From contig JAFTPH010000031.1 of the NCBI GenBank assembly GCA_017463365.1, forward strand, positions 9,072-73,071: 64,000 nucleotides of DNA, written 5' to 3'. The stretch is from Bacilli bacterium (lineage in GTDB: Bacteria; Bacillota_I; Bacilli_A; ML615J-28; CAG-313). The position numbers were made by a program, and so were the translations under genes. The notes beneath the pieces were generated by a model. The model made no database searches, had not been told where the DNA came from, and saw only the letters and a program-made list of their open reading frames with translations. Below, piece after piece: positions 10,693 through 20,579 of the stretch; position 1 is the first letter of the stretch; each line of letters begins with the position of its first letter.

Positions 10693-12360
10693 ATGTTATC
10701 AGATATTGAGATTTCTCAAAGTGCCAAAGTTGAAAAAATTAACAAAATTGCAGAAAAATTAGCTATTAATGAAGATTATTTAGAACAATATGGTTCAGAT
10801 AAAGCAAAAATTAACTTAAATATTTTCAAAGAATATGAAAACAAACCTGATGGGAAATTAATTTTAGTAACTGCTATTTCTCCAACACCACTTGGTGAAG
10901 GTAAATCTACAACATCAATTGGTTTAGTTGATGCATTATGTAAATTAAATAAAAAAGCTCTTGGTGCTCTTCGTGAACCTTCACTTGGTCCTGTATTTGG
11001 TGTAAAAGGTGGAGCTGCTGGTGGAGGATATGCTCAAATTAATCCAATGGCAGATCTTAACTTACACTTTACTGGTGATTTACACGCCATTACAGCTGCA
11101 AACAACTTAATTAGTGCATGCCTAGACAATCATATTTTCCAAGGTAACGAATTAAATATTAACCCTGATCGTGTTGTTTGGCAACGTTGTATGGATTTAA
11201 ATGACCGTGCATTACGTGAAGTAACAGTTGCGATTGAAGAGAAAAAAGGTGTTGCTGGAAGAAAAGAAAGATTCAATATTACTGTAGCAAGCGAAATTAT
11301 GGCAATTTTATGCTTAGCTAAAGACATCAATGATTTAAGAAGTAGAGTAGATAACTTAATTCTTGCATATACATATGATGATAAAGTAATTACTGTTAAA
11401 GATTTAGGTATTACTGGTTCAGTTTTAGTGTTATTAAAAGACGCTATGAAACCAAATTTAGTACAAACTTTAGAAAATAACCCAATTTTAGTTCATGGTG
11501 GTCCTTTCGCAAACATCGCTCATGGATGCAACTCAATTATTGCGACTCGCCTTGGTTTAAAACTTGCTGATTACTTAGTAACAGAAGCAGGATTTGGAGC
11601 TGACCTTGGTGCTGAAAAATTCTTAGATATTAAATGCCGTGAAGCAGGACTTAATCCATCAGCTGTAGTTTTAGTTGCAACTATCAAAGCATTAAAATAT
11701 CATGGTGGAGTTGACGCAAAAGAATGTAAATTACCTAACCTTGAAGCACTAAAGAAAGGTATTGTTAACTTAGAAAAACATATCGATACATTACAAAAAT
11801 TTGGTTTACCATTTGTAATTGCTTTAAACAGATTCGATACTGATACTGCTGAAGAGTTATCATTTATGGATGAATGGTCAAAAGAAAACAATTATCCACT
11901 TGCTTTATCTGAGGTTTTCGCAAAAGGTGGAGCAGGAGGTATTGAACTTGCTGAAAAAGTAATTGCTACATGTGAACAAGAAAATAACTTTAATTATTTA
12001 TATGATTTAACAGATTCAGTTGAAGATAAAATTTTCAAAATTGCAAGCAAAGTTTATGGAGCTAAAGAAGTTGTTTATAAAAAGGCTGCTCTTGCAAAAC
12101 TTGAAGAAATTAAGAAAACAAATTATAAAGATTTCTATATTTGTATGGCAAAAACACCTCTTTCTTTAACAGATAACGCTAAAATTGTGGGAGCGCCTAA
12201 AGATTTTACTATTACAGTTAAAGAAATTAGAGTATCTGCTGGGGCAAAATTCTTAGTTTGCTTAACTGGTGCGATTATGACAATGCCAGGACTTCCTAAA
12301 GTACCTCTTGCGAACAAAATAGATATCGACGAAGACAACAAAATTCATAATTTATCATAA
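10693..12360 (+). CDS. fhs: Formate--tetrahydrofolate ligase
   Basis: MLSDIEISQ N-terminus and PTPLGEGKSTT P-loop. I prefer ATG 10693 (SD GAAGAGG upstream) to the ORF-track start at 10657. Confidence 0.95.
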   Translation: MLSDIEISQSAKVEKINKIAEKLAINEDYLEQYGSDKAKINLNIFKEYENKPDGKLILVTAISPTPLGEGKSTTSIGLVDALCKLNKKALGALREPSLGPVFGVKGGAAGGGYAQINPMADLNLHFTGDLHAITAANNLISACLDNHIFQGNELNINPDRVVWQRCMDLNDRALREVTVAIEEKKGVAGRKERFNITVASEIMAILCLAKDINDLRSRVDNLILAYTYDDKVITVKDLGITGSVLVLLKDAMKPNLVQTLENNPILVHGGPFANIAHGCNSIIATRLGLKLADYLVTEAGFGADLGAEKFLDIKCREAGLNPSAVVLVATIKALKYHGGVDAKECKLPNLEALKKGIVNLEKHIDTLQKFGLPFVIALNRFDTDTAEELSFMDEWSKENNYPLALSEVFAKGGAGGIELAEKVIATCEQENNFNYLYDLTDSVEDKIFKIASKVYGAKEVVYKKAALAKLEEIKKTNYKDFYICMAKTPLSLTDNAKIVGAPKDFTITVKEIRVSAGAKFLVCLTGAIMTMPGLPKVPLANKIDIDEDNKIHNLS

Positions 12361-12372
12361 GGAGGAATATAT

Positions 12373-13221
12373 ATGTTGCTAGATGGAAAAGCATTATCTA
12401 ACAAAATAAAAGAAGAATTGAAGGCAAAAGTAACATCCTTAACAACTAAATATAATGAAATACCTAGTCTATCAATTATTAAGGTTGGTAACAATTCCGC
12501 TAGCGAAATATATGTTAGAAACAAGGTTAAAACAGCTGCCCTTGTTGGAATAAAGGCTGAAGTTATAAATTTAGAAGAAACAGTTAGTATGGAAGAGTTA
12601 ATTTCAACAATTGATGCTCTAAATAATAACCCAAATGTACATGGAATTATTGTTCAGTTACCACTACCTCATCATTTACATGAACAAACAGTAATTGATA
12701 GAGTAAATGATGAAAAAGACGTTGATGGGTTTGGACTTTTAAATAAAGGAAAATTATTTAGTGGAATCTCTTCTTTGAGACCCGCAACCCCTCATGGTAT
12801 TATGAAATTACTTGATGAATATAATATTGATTTAACTGGTAAAAATGCCCTTGTTATTGGTAGAAGTAATATTGTGGGTAAACCGGTTGCTTTAATGCTT
12901 TTAGAAAAAAACGCAACTGTTACGATTGCTCATTCACGTACAAAAAATATAGCTGACATCGCCAAATGTGCCGATATAATTGTTGTTGCGGTGGGAAAGA
13001 AACACTTCTTAACAGCTGATATGGTAAAAGATGGAGCAGTAATTGTGGATGTTGGAATCAACCGGGTTGAAGGTAAGATATATGGTGATGTTGATTTTGA
13101 AAACATCAAAGACAAAGCATCATTTATTACACCTGTACCAGGTGGTGTAGGTCCTCTTACAATTGTTACTCTCCTTGATAATACGGTTAATGCCTTTATT
13201 AACCAAAAGGAGGGTAAATAA
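12373..13221 (+). CDS. folD: Bifunctional methylenetetrahydrofolate dehydrogenase/cyclohydrolase
   Basis: Motifs GIIVQLPLP, DVDGF, GRSNIVGKP, PVPGGVGP. Confidence 0.95.
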   Translation: MLLDGKALSNKIKEELKAKVTSLTTKYNEIPSLSIIKVGNNSASEIYVRNKVKTAALVGIKAEVINLEETVSMEELISTIDALNNNPNVHGIIVQLPLPHHLHEQTVIDRVNDEKDVDGFGLLNKGKLFSGISSLRPATPHGIMKLLDEYNIDLTGKNALVIGRSNIVGKPVALMLLEKNATVTIAHSRTKNIADIAKCADIIVVAVGKKHFLTADMVKDGAVIVDVGINRVEGKIYGDVDFENIKDKASFITPVPGGVGPLTIVTLLDNTVNAFINQKEGK

Positions 13222-13775
13222 TGATTATTGTAGGACTTGGAAACCCTGGGGAAAAATACGAAAAAACCCGTCATAACATAGGGTTTATGTTTGTAGATAG
13301 GGTTGCTTTAGCTAATCGAGCTAGTTTTAAACTTGATAAAAAATTAAAATGTATGCTTGCTGAATTTACTTTAAATGGAGAAAAACATTTTATTGTTAAA
13401 CCAGTTACATATATGAACCTTTCTGGTGAAGCCGTAAGGGCAGTTGCGGATTACTACAAAAAAACAGTAGATGATGTAATTGTTATTTACGATGATATGG
13501 ATTTAGATTTAGGGAAAGTTAGAATAAGAAAGAATGGTTCTAGTGGGGGACATAACGGAATTAAATCAATTATCGCACACCTTAATACTGATAATTTTAA
13601 ACGCATAAGAATTGGTATTGGTCATAAACCAGCTGATGCTATCGATTATGTATTAGGATGCTTTTCAAAAGCGGATCAAAATATCTTAAATGAAGTTTTT
13701 GATAAAGCTCCAAATATGATAGATGATTTAATTTATAAAGGTATTGACTACATTATGAACCATTATAATGGGTAA
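13221..13775 (+). CDS. pth: Peptidyl-tRNA hydrolase
   Basis: Motifs GLGNPGEKYEKTRHNIGF and GGHNGIKSI. Confidence 0.95.
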   Translation: MIIVGLGNPGEKYEKTRHNIGFMFVDRVALANRASFKLDKKLKCMLAEFTLNGEKHFIVKPVTYMNLSGEAVRAVADYYKKTVDDVIVIYDDMDLDLGKVRIRKNGSSGGHNGIKSIIAHLNTDNFKRIRIGIGHKPADAIDYVLGCFSKADQNILNEVFDKAPNMIDDLIYKGIDYIMNHYNG

Positions 13776-16700
13776 TAAAAATATGAATATTTTAGATTAT
13801 TTTAAAAAAGAACTAAAATATCACGACATTATAGAAGCAATAAGCAATAATACTAAAAATATTCAAATAAATAATGTATCTAATAATGCATCAAAAATGC
13901 TTGTTGCTTCTAAATTCTTAGAAAAAGAAGAAACAATTGTGGTGGTATATCCAAATATCTTTTATGCTAACCGGGCATATGAAGATTATATCGAACTACT
14001 GGGGGCTGATAAAATCAGCTTTTTTCCCGTTGAGGAGTTCATTTCAAGCGAACTTGTTTCAGCATCAAGCGCCTTTAGACTTGAAAGAATGAAAACATTA
14101 ATAAATGTTTTAAATAAAAAACCTCAAATAATTATAACTAACACAGAAGGTTATCTTCATAATGTTATGTCTAAAGAAAGACTAGAGGCGTCTTTTTTAA
14201 AAATTAAACAAGGCGATATTATAAAAAAGCATGATTTGATTGATAAGCTTGTAACAAGAGGTTATAAAAAAAGTCCAATTACTGAGGTTGAAGGAACATT
14301 TAGTGTAAGAGGAGGGCTTGTAGATATATATGTAGTGGGTAGTGAAAAACCCATAAGACTTGATTTTTTTGATGACGAAGTAGAGGTTATAAAAGAATTT
14401 AATGTTGATACACAACTTTCTTGTGGAAAACTAAAAGAAGTAGATATATATCCTATTTATGAACTTCAATATGAAAAAAATGAAATTGAATTAATAAAAC
14501 AAAGAGTTTTAGAAAACAATAAATTAAATGATAAAATTAAAAAAGATTTTAGATGGTTAGAAGAATACGAATCACTTGATCAATTATATATATATTTACC
14601 ATATGTTGATCCATCATATACAACATTTATTAGTATTTTAGATAATCCAATAATTGTTTTTAATGAATTTAATGAAATACTTGAAAAAGAGAACTTAAAT
14701 TTATTAGAAATGACAACTTATTTTGAAAATAAGGAATTTATCGGTAAAAACGACTTTTTCAAATCAATTAACACAGTTCTTGCAGAATCAAAGAAAAACG
14801 TCTTTATGATGAGTTTTTTAGGCAATATTGATGAATTAGATATCAAAGAAACATATAATTTAGAAACAGCTAATAACATAGATTATAATAACAATATTAA
14901 AAACTTTATTGATGATATCAAGATGAATAAAGATAAAACATATATAATTACGCATTTTGATGACTATAAATTATCTTTCTTTGAAGAAACTCTAAATAAT
15001 GCTGAAATTAAATATCAAAAAATAGATAGCTTTGATAAAATAAAAAAAGAAAAAGTAAACTTAGCAGTTATTCCTAATGCTTTAGGATTTGTTGATTATA
15101 AGAAAAAATTAGAAATTATTACACCACATGAATTTTCAAGTGGAAAAATAATAAAAAATAGTAAACTACAAAAAATTTATAATCAATCAAAAAAGATATA
15201 TAATAAAGAAGAACTATCTATCGGTGATTATGTAGTTCATCAAGATCACGGAATTGGTAAATATTTAGGAATTAAGACAATTGAACTTGAAAATATTAAA
15301 AACGACTATATTCAACTTGAATATGATGGAGAATCAAAACTTTATATTCCAGTTGAAAATATATATGTTTTAGAAAAATATTTAGGTGGAGAAAACAAAA
15401 TACCGCGCCTTTCTAAAGCAAATGGAAAAGATTGGCAAAAGAAAAAAGCAAAAATTAAAGAACGTGTTAGAGAAGTTGCGAAAAAGTTAATAAAAATTCA
15501 AGCCCAAAGAGAATTATTAAAAGGATTTAAATATCCTAAAGATTCTATCTATCAAGAACAGTTTGAAAAAGAATTCCCATATAAAGAAACTGAAGGTCAA
15601 TTAAAGGCCATCGAAGAAGTTAAAAAAGATATGGAAGGACCAAATCCAGTTGATCGATTAATTTGTGGAGATGTAGGGTTTGGAAAAACCGAAGTAGCGA
15701 TGAGAGCGGCTTTTAAAGTAGTTGATAATGCTAAACAAGTAGCATATTTAGTTCCAACAACAGTACTTGCTCGCCAACACTATCTAAATTTCAAAGAAAG
15801 ATTTGAAAAATATGGCATTAGAGTCGAACTATTAAGTAGATTTGTTGATGCGAAAGGAACGAAAGCGGTTATTAAGGGTTTAAATGAAGGTTATGTAGAT
15901 ATTGTGGTAGGAACACACCGTCTTTTATCTAAAGACATTCATTTTAAAGACTTAGGGCTTTTAATAATTGATGAAGAACACAGATTTGGAGTTGAACATA
16001 AAGAACGAATCAAAGAATTAAAAGCTAATATTGATGTATTATCCTTAAGTGCAACCCCAATTCCTAGAACCCTTCAAATGTCACTTTCAGGTCTTAGAGA
16101 CTTAAGTTTAATAGAAACTCCACCAATGGATAGATTAAGTATTCAAACCTATGTTTTAGAAAGTAATGATTCAGTAGTAAGAGAAGCTATTAGACGTGAA
16201 CTAGGGCGTGGTGGTCAAGTCTTCTATTTAATGAATAGAATTAGTAATCTTGATAGCATTAAACGAAAAATTAACAAACTAGTCCCAGAAGCTAGGGTTG
16301 GAATAATTCATGGGGCAATGGAAAGAGAAGAAATAGAAGATGTACTAAATAGTTTTTTAGACCGAAATTATGATTGTTTAGTTTGTACAACTATTATTGA
16401 AACCGGAATTGATATACCTAACGCCAATACCATTATTATTGAAAGAGCAGATACTTTAGGTCTTGCTCAAATATATCAAATAAGAGGTAGAGTTGGTAGA
16501 AGCGACAGAATGGCTTATGCTTACTTAATGTATGATAAAGACCGCATTTTAACAGAAACCGGTAAAAAGCGTCTTGACACAATTAAAGAATTTACAACTC
16601 TTGGTAGTGGATATAAAATTGCCATGAGAGACCTATCAATCAGAGGAGCCGGAGACATTTTAGGGAGCGAACAATCAGGTTTTATTGATGATATTGGGAT

Positions 16701-17223
16701 AAATCTATATATGAAACTATTAAATGAAGCCATTGAAGAAGAAAAAGGTATTATTAAACAAAAAGAAGAAGAAAAAATAGTCGATTTGAAAATCTCTAAA
16801 CACATTGATGAGGAATATATTAGTGATGACGAAATTAGAATTGCGATGCATCAAGAAATTAATAGGGTTCGTTCAAGAGAAGAATTAAATAGATTAATTT
16901 CAGAATTTAACGACCGATATGGTAGAGTAAATGACGAACTAAAGATATATGTTGAAGGGAAATATTTAAGTTTCTTGCTTAAAACTAAAGGAGTAGAAGC
17001 ATATACGGTAAAAAAAGATAGAGTATGTTTTAACTTTGATAAAGAAAAAACTTTAAATATTCCATATACTTTAATTAAATCTGCAGCAATCGGGGTACCA
17101 GAATATATATTCAAATACCAAAACGACCGAATCTTTGTTGAAATACCACTTAATTTAAATAATAATAGTATAGATAAAAACCATTATATATATAAGTTAA
17201 CTAAATTTTTAGAAAACTTTTAA
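13768..17223 (+). CDS. mfd: Transcription-repair coupling factor Mfd
   Basis: 1151 aa. CarD/RID region HQDHGIGKY, superfamily-2 helicase motifs GDVGFGKTEV, DEEHRFGV, SATPIPRT, and a TRG-like region. The start could also be ATG 13783. Confidence 0.95.
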   Translation: MGNKNMNILDYFKKELKYHDIIEAISNNTKNIQINNVSNNASKMLVASKFLEKEETIVVVYPNIFYANRAYEDYIELLGADKISFFPVEEFISSELVSASSAFRLERMKTLINVLNKKPQIIITNTEGYLHNVMSKERLEASFLKIKQGDIIKKHDLIDKLVTRGYKKSPITEVEGTFSVRGGLVDIYVVGSEKPIRLDFFDDEVEVIKEFNVDTQLSCGKLKEVDIYPIYELQYEKNEIELIKQRVLENNKLNDKIKKDFRWLEEYESLDQLYIYLPYVDPSYTTFISILDNPIIVFNEFNEILEKENLNLLEMTTYFENKEFIGKNDFFKSINTVLAESKKNVFMMSFLGNIDELDIKETYNLETANNIDYNNNIKNFIDDIKMNKDKTYIITHFDDYKLSFFEETLNNAEIKYQKIDSFDKIKKEKVNLAVIPNALGFVDYKKKLEIITPHEFSSGKIIKNSKLQKIYNQSKKIYNKEELSIGDYVVHQDHGIGKYLGIKTIELENIKNDYIQLEYDGESKLYIPVENIYVLEKYLGGENKIPRLSKANGKDWQKKKAKIKERVREVAKKLIKIQAQRELLKGFKYPKDSIYQEQFEKEFPYKETEGQLKAIEEVKKDMEGPNPVDRLICGDVGFGKTEVAMRAAFKVVDNAKQVAYLVPTTVLARQHYLNFKERFEKYGIRVELLSRFVDAKGTKAVIKGLNEGYVDIVVGTHRLLSKDIHFKDLGLLIIDEEHRFGVEHKERIKELKANIDVLSLSATPIPRTLQMSLSGLRDLSLIETPPMDRLSIQTYVLESNDSVVREAIRRELGRGGQVFYLMNRISNLDSIKRKINKLVPEARVGIIHGAMEREEIEDVLNSFLDRNYDCLVCTTIIETGIDIPNANTIIIERADTLGLAQIYQIRGRVGRSDRMAYAYLMYDKDRILTETGKKRLDTIKEFTTLGSGYKIAMRDLSIRGAGDILGSEQSGFIDDIGINLYMKLLNEAIEEEKGIIKQKEEEKIVDLKISKHIDEEYISDDEIRIAMHQEINRVRSREELNRLISEFNDRYGRVNDELKIYVEGKYLSFLLKTKGVEAYTVKKDRVCFNFDKEKTLNIPYTLIKSAAIGVPEYIFKYQNDRIFVEIPLNLNNNSIDKNHYIYKLTKFLENF

Positions 17224-17250
17224 AAAAACACCCTTAATCGGGTGTTTTTT
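17222..17250. terminator. Bidirectional terminator (mfd / AAA ATPase)
   Basis: A-run, stem ACACCC / GGGTGT, then T-run, between convergent genes. Confidence 0.8.
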
Positions 17251-18472
17251 ACAATAGATATATAGGTATTATTAAGTTTTCGCTATCTATAGCTGAGACA
17301 TTTTCTTTTGTACATAGAATTGCTCCAGTTCCAAGAGGAATTAGAGATTTTTTTAATAAATTGAAGGCTTTAATCATAGAAACATTAGGATTATTCGATT
17401 TTTTGATTTCTAATGGGTAAATTAACCCATCTTGTTCAATAATAATATCAATTTCGTTATTATCTCTGTCATGATAATAATAAAGTGGTGGTTCAATGCC
17501 AAGGTTTAAATAAGAGTTTCGAATTTCATTAATCACATAGTTTTCTAATATAGCTCCATTAAGAGCTCCATTTAGTAAAATTTCACTCGATGAATATTTA
17601 GTTAAATAAGCGACAAGTCCAGTATCAAAAAAATACATTTTAGGATTTTTAATAGTTCTTTTTAATAAATTATTAGAATATGGATTTAAGTAATAAATAA
17701 TATCTGATTTTTCTAATAAAGCTAACCATCTTTTTGCGGTATCGTCACTAATTTCTACATCTACAGCAATTGAATGTATATTTAAAAGTTGTCCTATTCT
17801 GCAAGCCGCTGCTCTAATGAATTCAATAAACTTAATTTGGTCAATGCCAGACATTTCTTCTCTAATATCTCTTGATATATATGTTTGAAGATAACTGGAA
17901 TAAAAAACATCTCTATTAGAATATTTTTTACTAACAAGTCCTGGCAAACTCCCTGTCCATATTCTTTCAAATATTAAAGAAACATCAGCTGCTTCATAGT
18001 TCTTTTGTTTTTCTAACAAAACGTCTAAATCTAAAGAAAAACGACTTAATGTATTTTTTCCATATAGTTCGTGTTGTGAAATGGAAGATAAATGCAAGAT
18101 GGCTGTTCTTCCAGCAAGAGATTCTTGAGCCAAAGTCATTAGTTTATAGGCTTGAGATCCAGTTAACCAAAAGCTACCAGCAGGAGCTCCTTTATCTATA
18201 GCCATTTTAATATAGGAAAAAAGTTCTGGTGCGTATTGAATTTCATCTATTAAAACTGGTGTTGGATGTAACTTTAAAAACATGCTTGGGTCATTTTTAG
18301 CCAAAGCTCTTTCTTGTAAATCATCTAATGTTACAATATGTCTATCTTTGGACATAATGTGTTCCAACATAGTTGTTTTTCCCACTTGTCTAGGACCAGT
18401 AATAAGAATACATGAATATTCTTGGGATAAATTTAAGATTAAACTTTCCATATCTCTTTTAATGTATTGCAT
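17249..18472 (-). CDS. AAA-family ATPase with C-terminal DUF4143-like domain
   Basis: Walker A ILITGPRQVGKTT and Walker B VLIDEIQ. The length and C-terminal half are typical of the COG1373 ATPase family. Confidence 0.8.
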   Translation of the reverse strand: MQYIKRDMESLILNLSQEYSCILITGPRQVGKTTMLEHIMSKDRHIVTLDDLQERALAKNDPSMFLKLHPTPVLIDEIQYAPELFSYIKMAIDKGAPAGSFWLTGSQAYKLMTLAQESLAGRTAILHLSSISQHELYGKNTLSRFSLDLDVLLEKQKNYEAADVSLIFERIWTGSLPGLVSKKYSNRDVFYSSYLQTYISRDIREEMSGIDQIKFIEFIRAAACRIGQLLNIHSIAVDVEISDDTAKRWLALLEKSDIIYYLNPYSNNLLKRTIKNPKMYFFDTGLVAYLTKYSSSEILLNGALNGAILENYVINEIRNSYLNLGIEPPLYYYHDRDNNEIDIIIEQDGLIYPLEIKKSNNPNVSMIKAFNLLKKSLIPLGTGAILCTKENVSAIDSENLIIPIYLL

Positions 18473-18704
18473 GAATCCTCCTTTTTCTCGGCTAAAATAC
18501 GATACAACCTTATTTTAGCCGAAAAAAACAAAAAAATCAATTAATATAATAATTATTATTAACAAATTAATATTAAACAATACAATATGAGAAAATTCTC
18601 ACTATAGTTGAGTTAAATTCATCATTTGATTTATAGACATATATATAAATATAGCGTATAATGGTGGTGTAACGTTACAAAAATATAAAACAAGGAGATA
18701 GTAA

Positions 18705-19775
18705 ATGAATCTAGGAATTAAGATTAAAGAATTAAGAATAGAAAATAATTTAACTCAAGAAGATTTAGCAGAACAACTTGGTGTTTCTTTTCAAGCGGTA
18801 TCACGCTGGGAAACAGGGGTAACATATCCGGATATTACTTTATTACCAATACTAGCTAATATGTTTAATGTAACAGTTGATTATTTGTTAGATGTAGATA
18901 TATTAAAGAAAGAAGAAGAAATTAAAGAAATACTTAAAAAAGATGATGAACTTTCACATGTAGGAAAAGTAAAAGAAAGAGAAAGTCTTTTAGAACAAGC
19001 ACTTAAGAAATACCCAAATAACTGGGATTTTAAATCAAGATTATTAAGTGTGTATCATGTTCAAACTGCAAACGGTACTTTAGAAGATGAAATATATCAA
19101 AAGAAAGTTATTGAACTTGGTAATCACATATTAGAAAAATGTACTATTGATAGTAAACGTTATTTAGCTATTAATTCGCTAATATTTGTGTATGACTGGA
19201 TCGGAGAAACTAAAAAGGCCGAAGAAATAGCAAATAACCTTCCAGGAGACTTTTATGATACCAAAGAATACGCTATGATGACAATATCTCACGGGAAAGA
19301 GAACAATAAAGCGGTTAAAGATGTTATATATAGTGTTTTAGAAATGTTTGATGGTGCTGTTGCGTATTATAGAGGAAAAACTGCTGGAGAAGAACTAAAA
19401 GTATATTTAAAATATAAAGAATTAATTGATGTTATTTTTGAAGACGGAAACTATTTATTCTTTAATGAACGTTTAGCAGGCAATTATGAAAGATGTGCTA
19501 TCATTTGTGCGAGATTAAAAAATAAAGAAGAATGTCTTAAATATTTAAGTTTAGCACTTGATTACGCAAAAAAATTCGATGAAATTACAAAGGGAGCACC
19601 AACAACATATACAAGTTTATTAATGAATGGATTTGAAGAAAATCCAAGTAAATGGACAAAGACTAACGAAATTAGTTCTTTAGAAAGAGTAAAATCAAAC
19701 TTTGAAGAAAGCAAATGGACAGAATTTATTGTTAATGATGAGGATTATAAAAAAATAATAGAAAAATATATATAA
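18705..19775 (+). CDS. XRE-family HTH regulator with helical-repeat (TPR-like) C-terminal domain
   Basis: HTH_3 signature IKELRIENNLTQEDLAEQLGVSFQAVSRWETGVTYPDITLLPILANMF, followed by about 290 aa of all-helical sequence. Confidence 0.8.
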   Translation: MNLGIKIKELRIENNLTQEDLAEQLGVSFQAVSRWETGVTYPDITLLPILANMFNVTVDYLLDVDILKKEEEIKEILKKDDELSHVGKVKERESLLEQALKKYPNNWDFKSRLLSVYHVQTANGTLEDEIYQKKVIELGNHILEKCTIDSKRYLAINSLIFVYDWIGETKKAEEIANNLPGDFYDTKEYAMMTISHGKENNKAVKDVIYSVLEMFDGAVAYYRGKTAGEELKVYLKYKELIDVIFEDGNYLFFNERLAGNYERCAIICARLKNKEECLKYLSLALDYAKKFDEITKGAPTTYTSLLMNGFEENPSKWTKTNEISSLERVKSNFEESKWTEFIVNDEDYKKIIEKYI

Positions 19776-19924
19776 TATAGAAATAAACAACCAGTTATTT
19801 TGCATTTTTCCAACTTCTTATGTATTTATTAACTTTTTTTAAAAAACAAAAAATATAAAAAGTAAAAATATTTTGTATATTCTACATATTTTTACCAACA
19901 ATATAAATATGTAGAGGTGAAAAA

Positions 19925-20452
19925 ATGAAAGCAACTGGAGTAGTCAGAAGAATTGATGATCTTGGCAGAATTGTAATACCTAAAGAATTAAGAAGAACTA
20001 TGCGTATTAGAGAAGGAGATTCACTCGAAATATTTATTGAAGGTGAAAAAATAATGCTAAAAAAATATTCTCCTGTTCAAAATGTTAATGACTTTGTCGT
20101 TGAATTTGTAGAAAGTATATATAGTTCTTATAAAAAAGACATGATTATTACAGATAATGAGGTAGTAATTGCGGGAAGCGGAAACTATAAAAAGGATTTA
20201 ACAGGTAAAAAAATATCTCCAAGACTTGAAGAAAAATTAACAAAACGAGCTACACAATACTTAGAGCGAGGAGAATATTTAGAATTAACAGCAGATTATG
20301 ATATCAAAAGACCATCTGTTATAAAACCTATTAATGTATATGGAGACATTATTGGATGTGTGATTGTATCAACAGAAACCGAAATTACAGATGTGGAAAA
20401 ATCTCTTGCTGAATTTAGTGGTGTTTTTATGAGTAGATATCTAGAAGGATAG
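19925..20452 (+). CDS. spoVT: Stage V sporulation protein T (AbrB-family regulator)
   Basis: MKATGVVRRIDDLGRIVIPKELRRTMRIREGDSLEIF swapped-hairpin N-domain plus a GAF-like C-domain. Lies downstream of mfd, as in Bacillus. Confidence 0.9.
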   Translation: MKATGVVRRIDDLGRIVIPKELRRTMRIREGDSLEIFIEGEKIMLKKYSPVQNVNDFVVEFVESIYSSYKKDMIITDNEVVIAGSGNYKKDLTGKKISPRLEEKLTKRATQYLERGEYLELTADYDIKRPSVIKPINVYGDIIGCVIVSTETEITDVEKSLAEFSGVFMSRYLEG

Positions 20453-20475
20453 GCCGACTATTTGTCGGCTTTTTC
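20453..20475 (+). terminator. Rho-independent terminator after spoVT
   Basis: Stem GCCGAC / GTCGGC followed by TTTTT. Confidence 0.8.
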
Positions 20476-20579
20476 GTATTAAAAAATCATAAATATTGAA
20501 GAATGTTATAGCATTTATTTGATTTATTTTTTAAAATGGTGTAAAATGTATGAAAAATTTAAAAAATAAGGAGTAAAAA

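Noticed and set aside
18282-18518. Plus-strand 78-aa ORF
   Set aside because: It is antisense to the Walker A region of the AAA ATPase, with no SD.
18488-18522. 12-bp-stem hairpin as a transcription terminator
   Set aside because: On the plus strand the stem is followed by an A-run, not a T-run. On the minus strand the T-run precedes it. It lies in the 5' leader of the minus-strand ATPase gene, so it is more likely a leader structure than a terminator.
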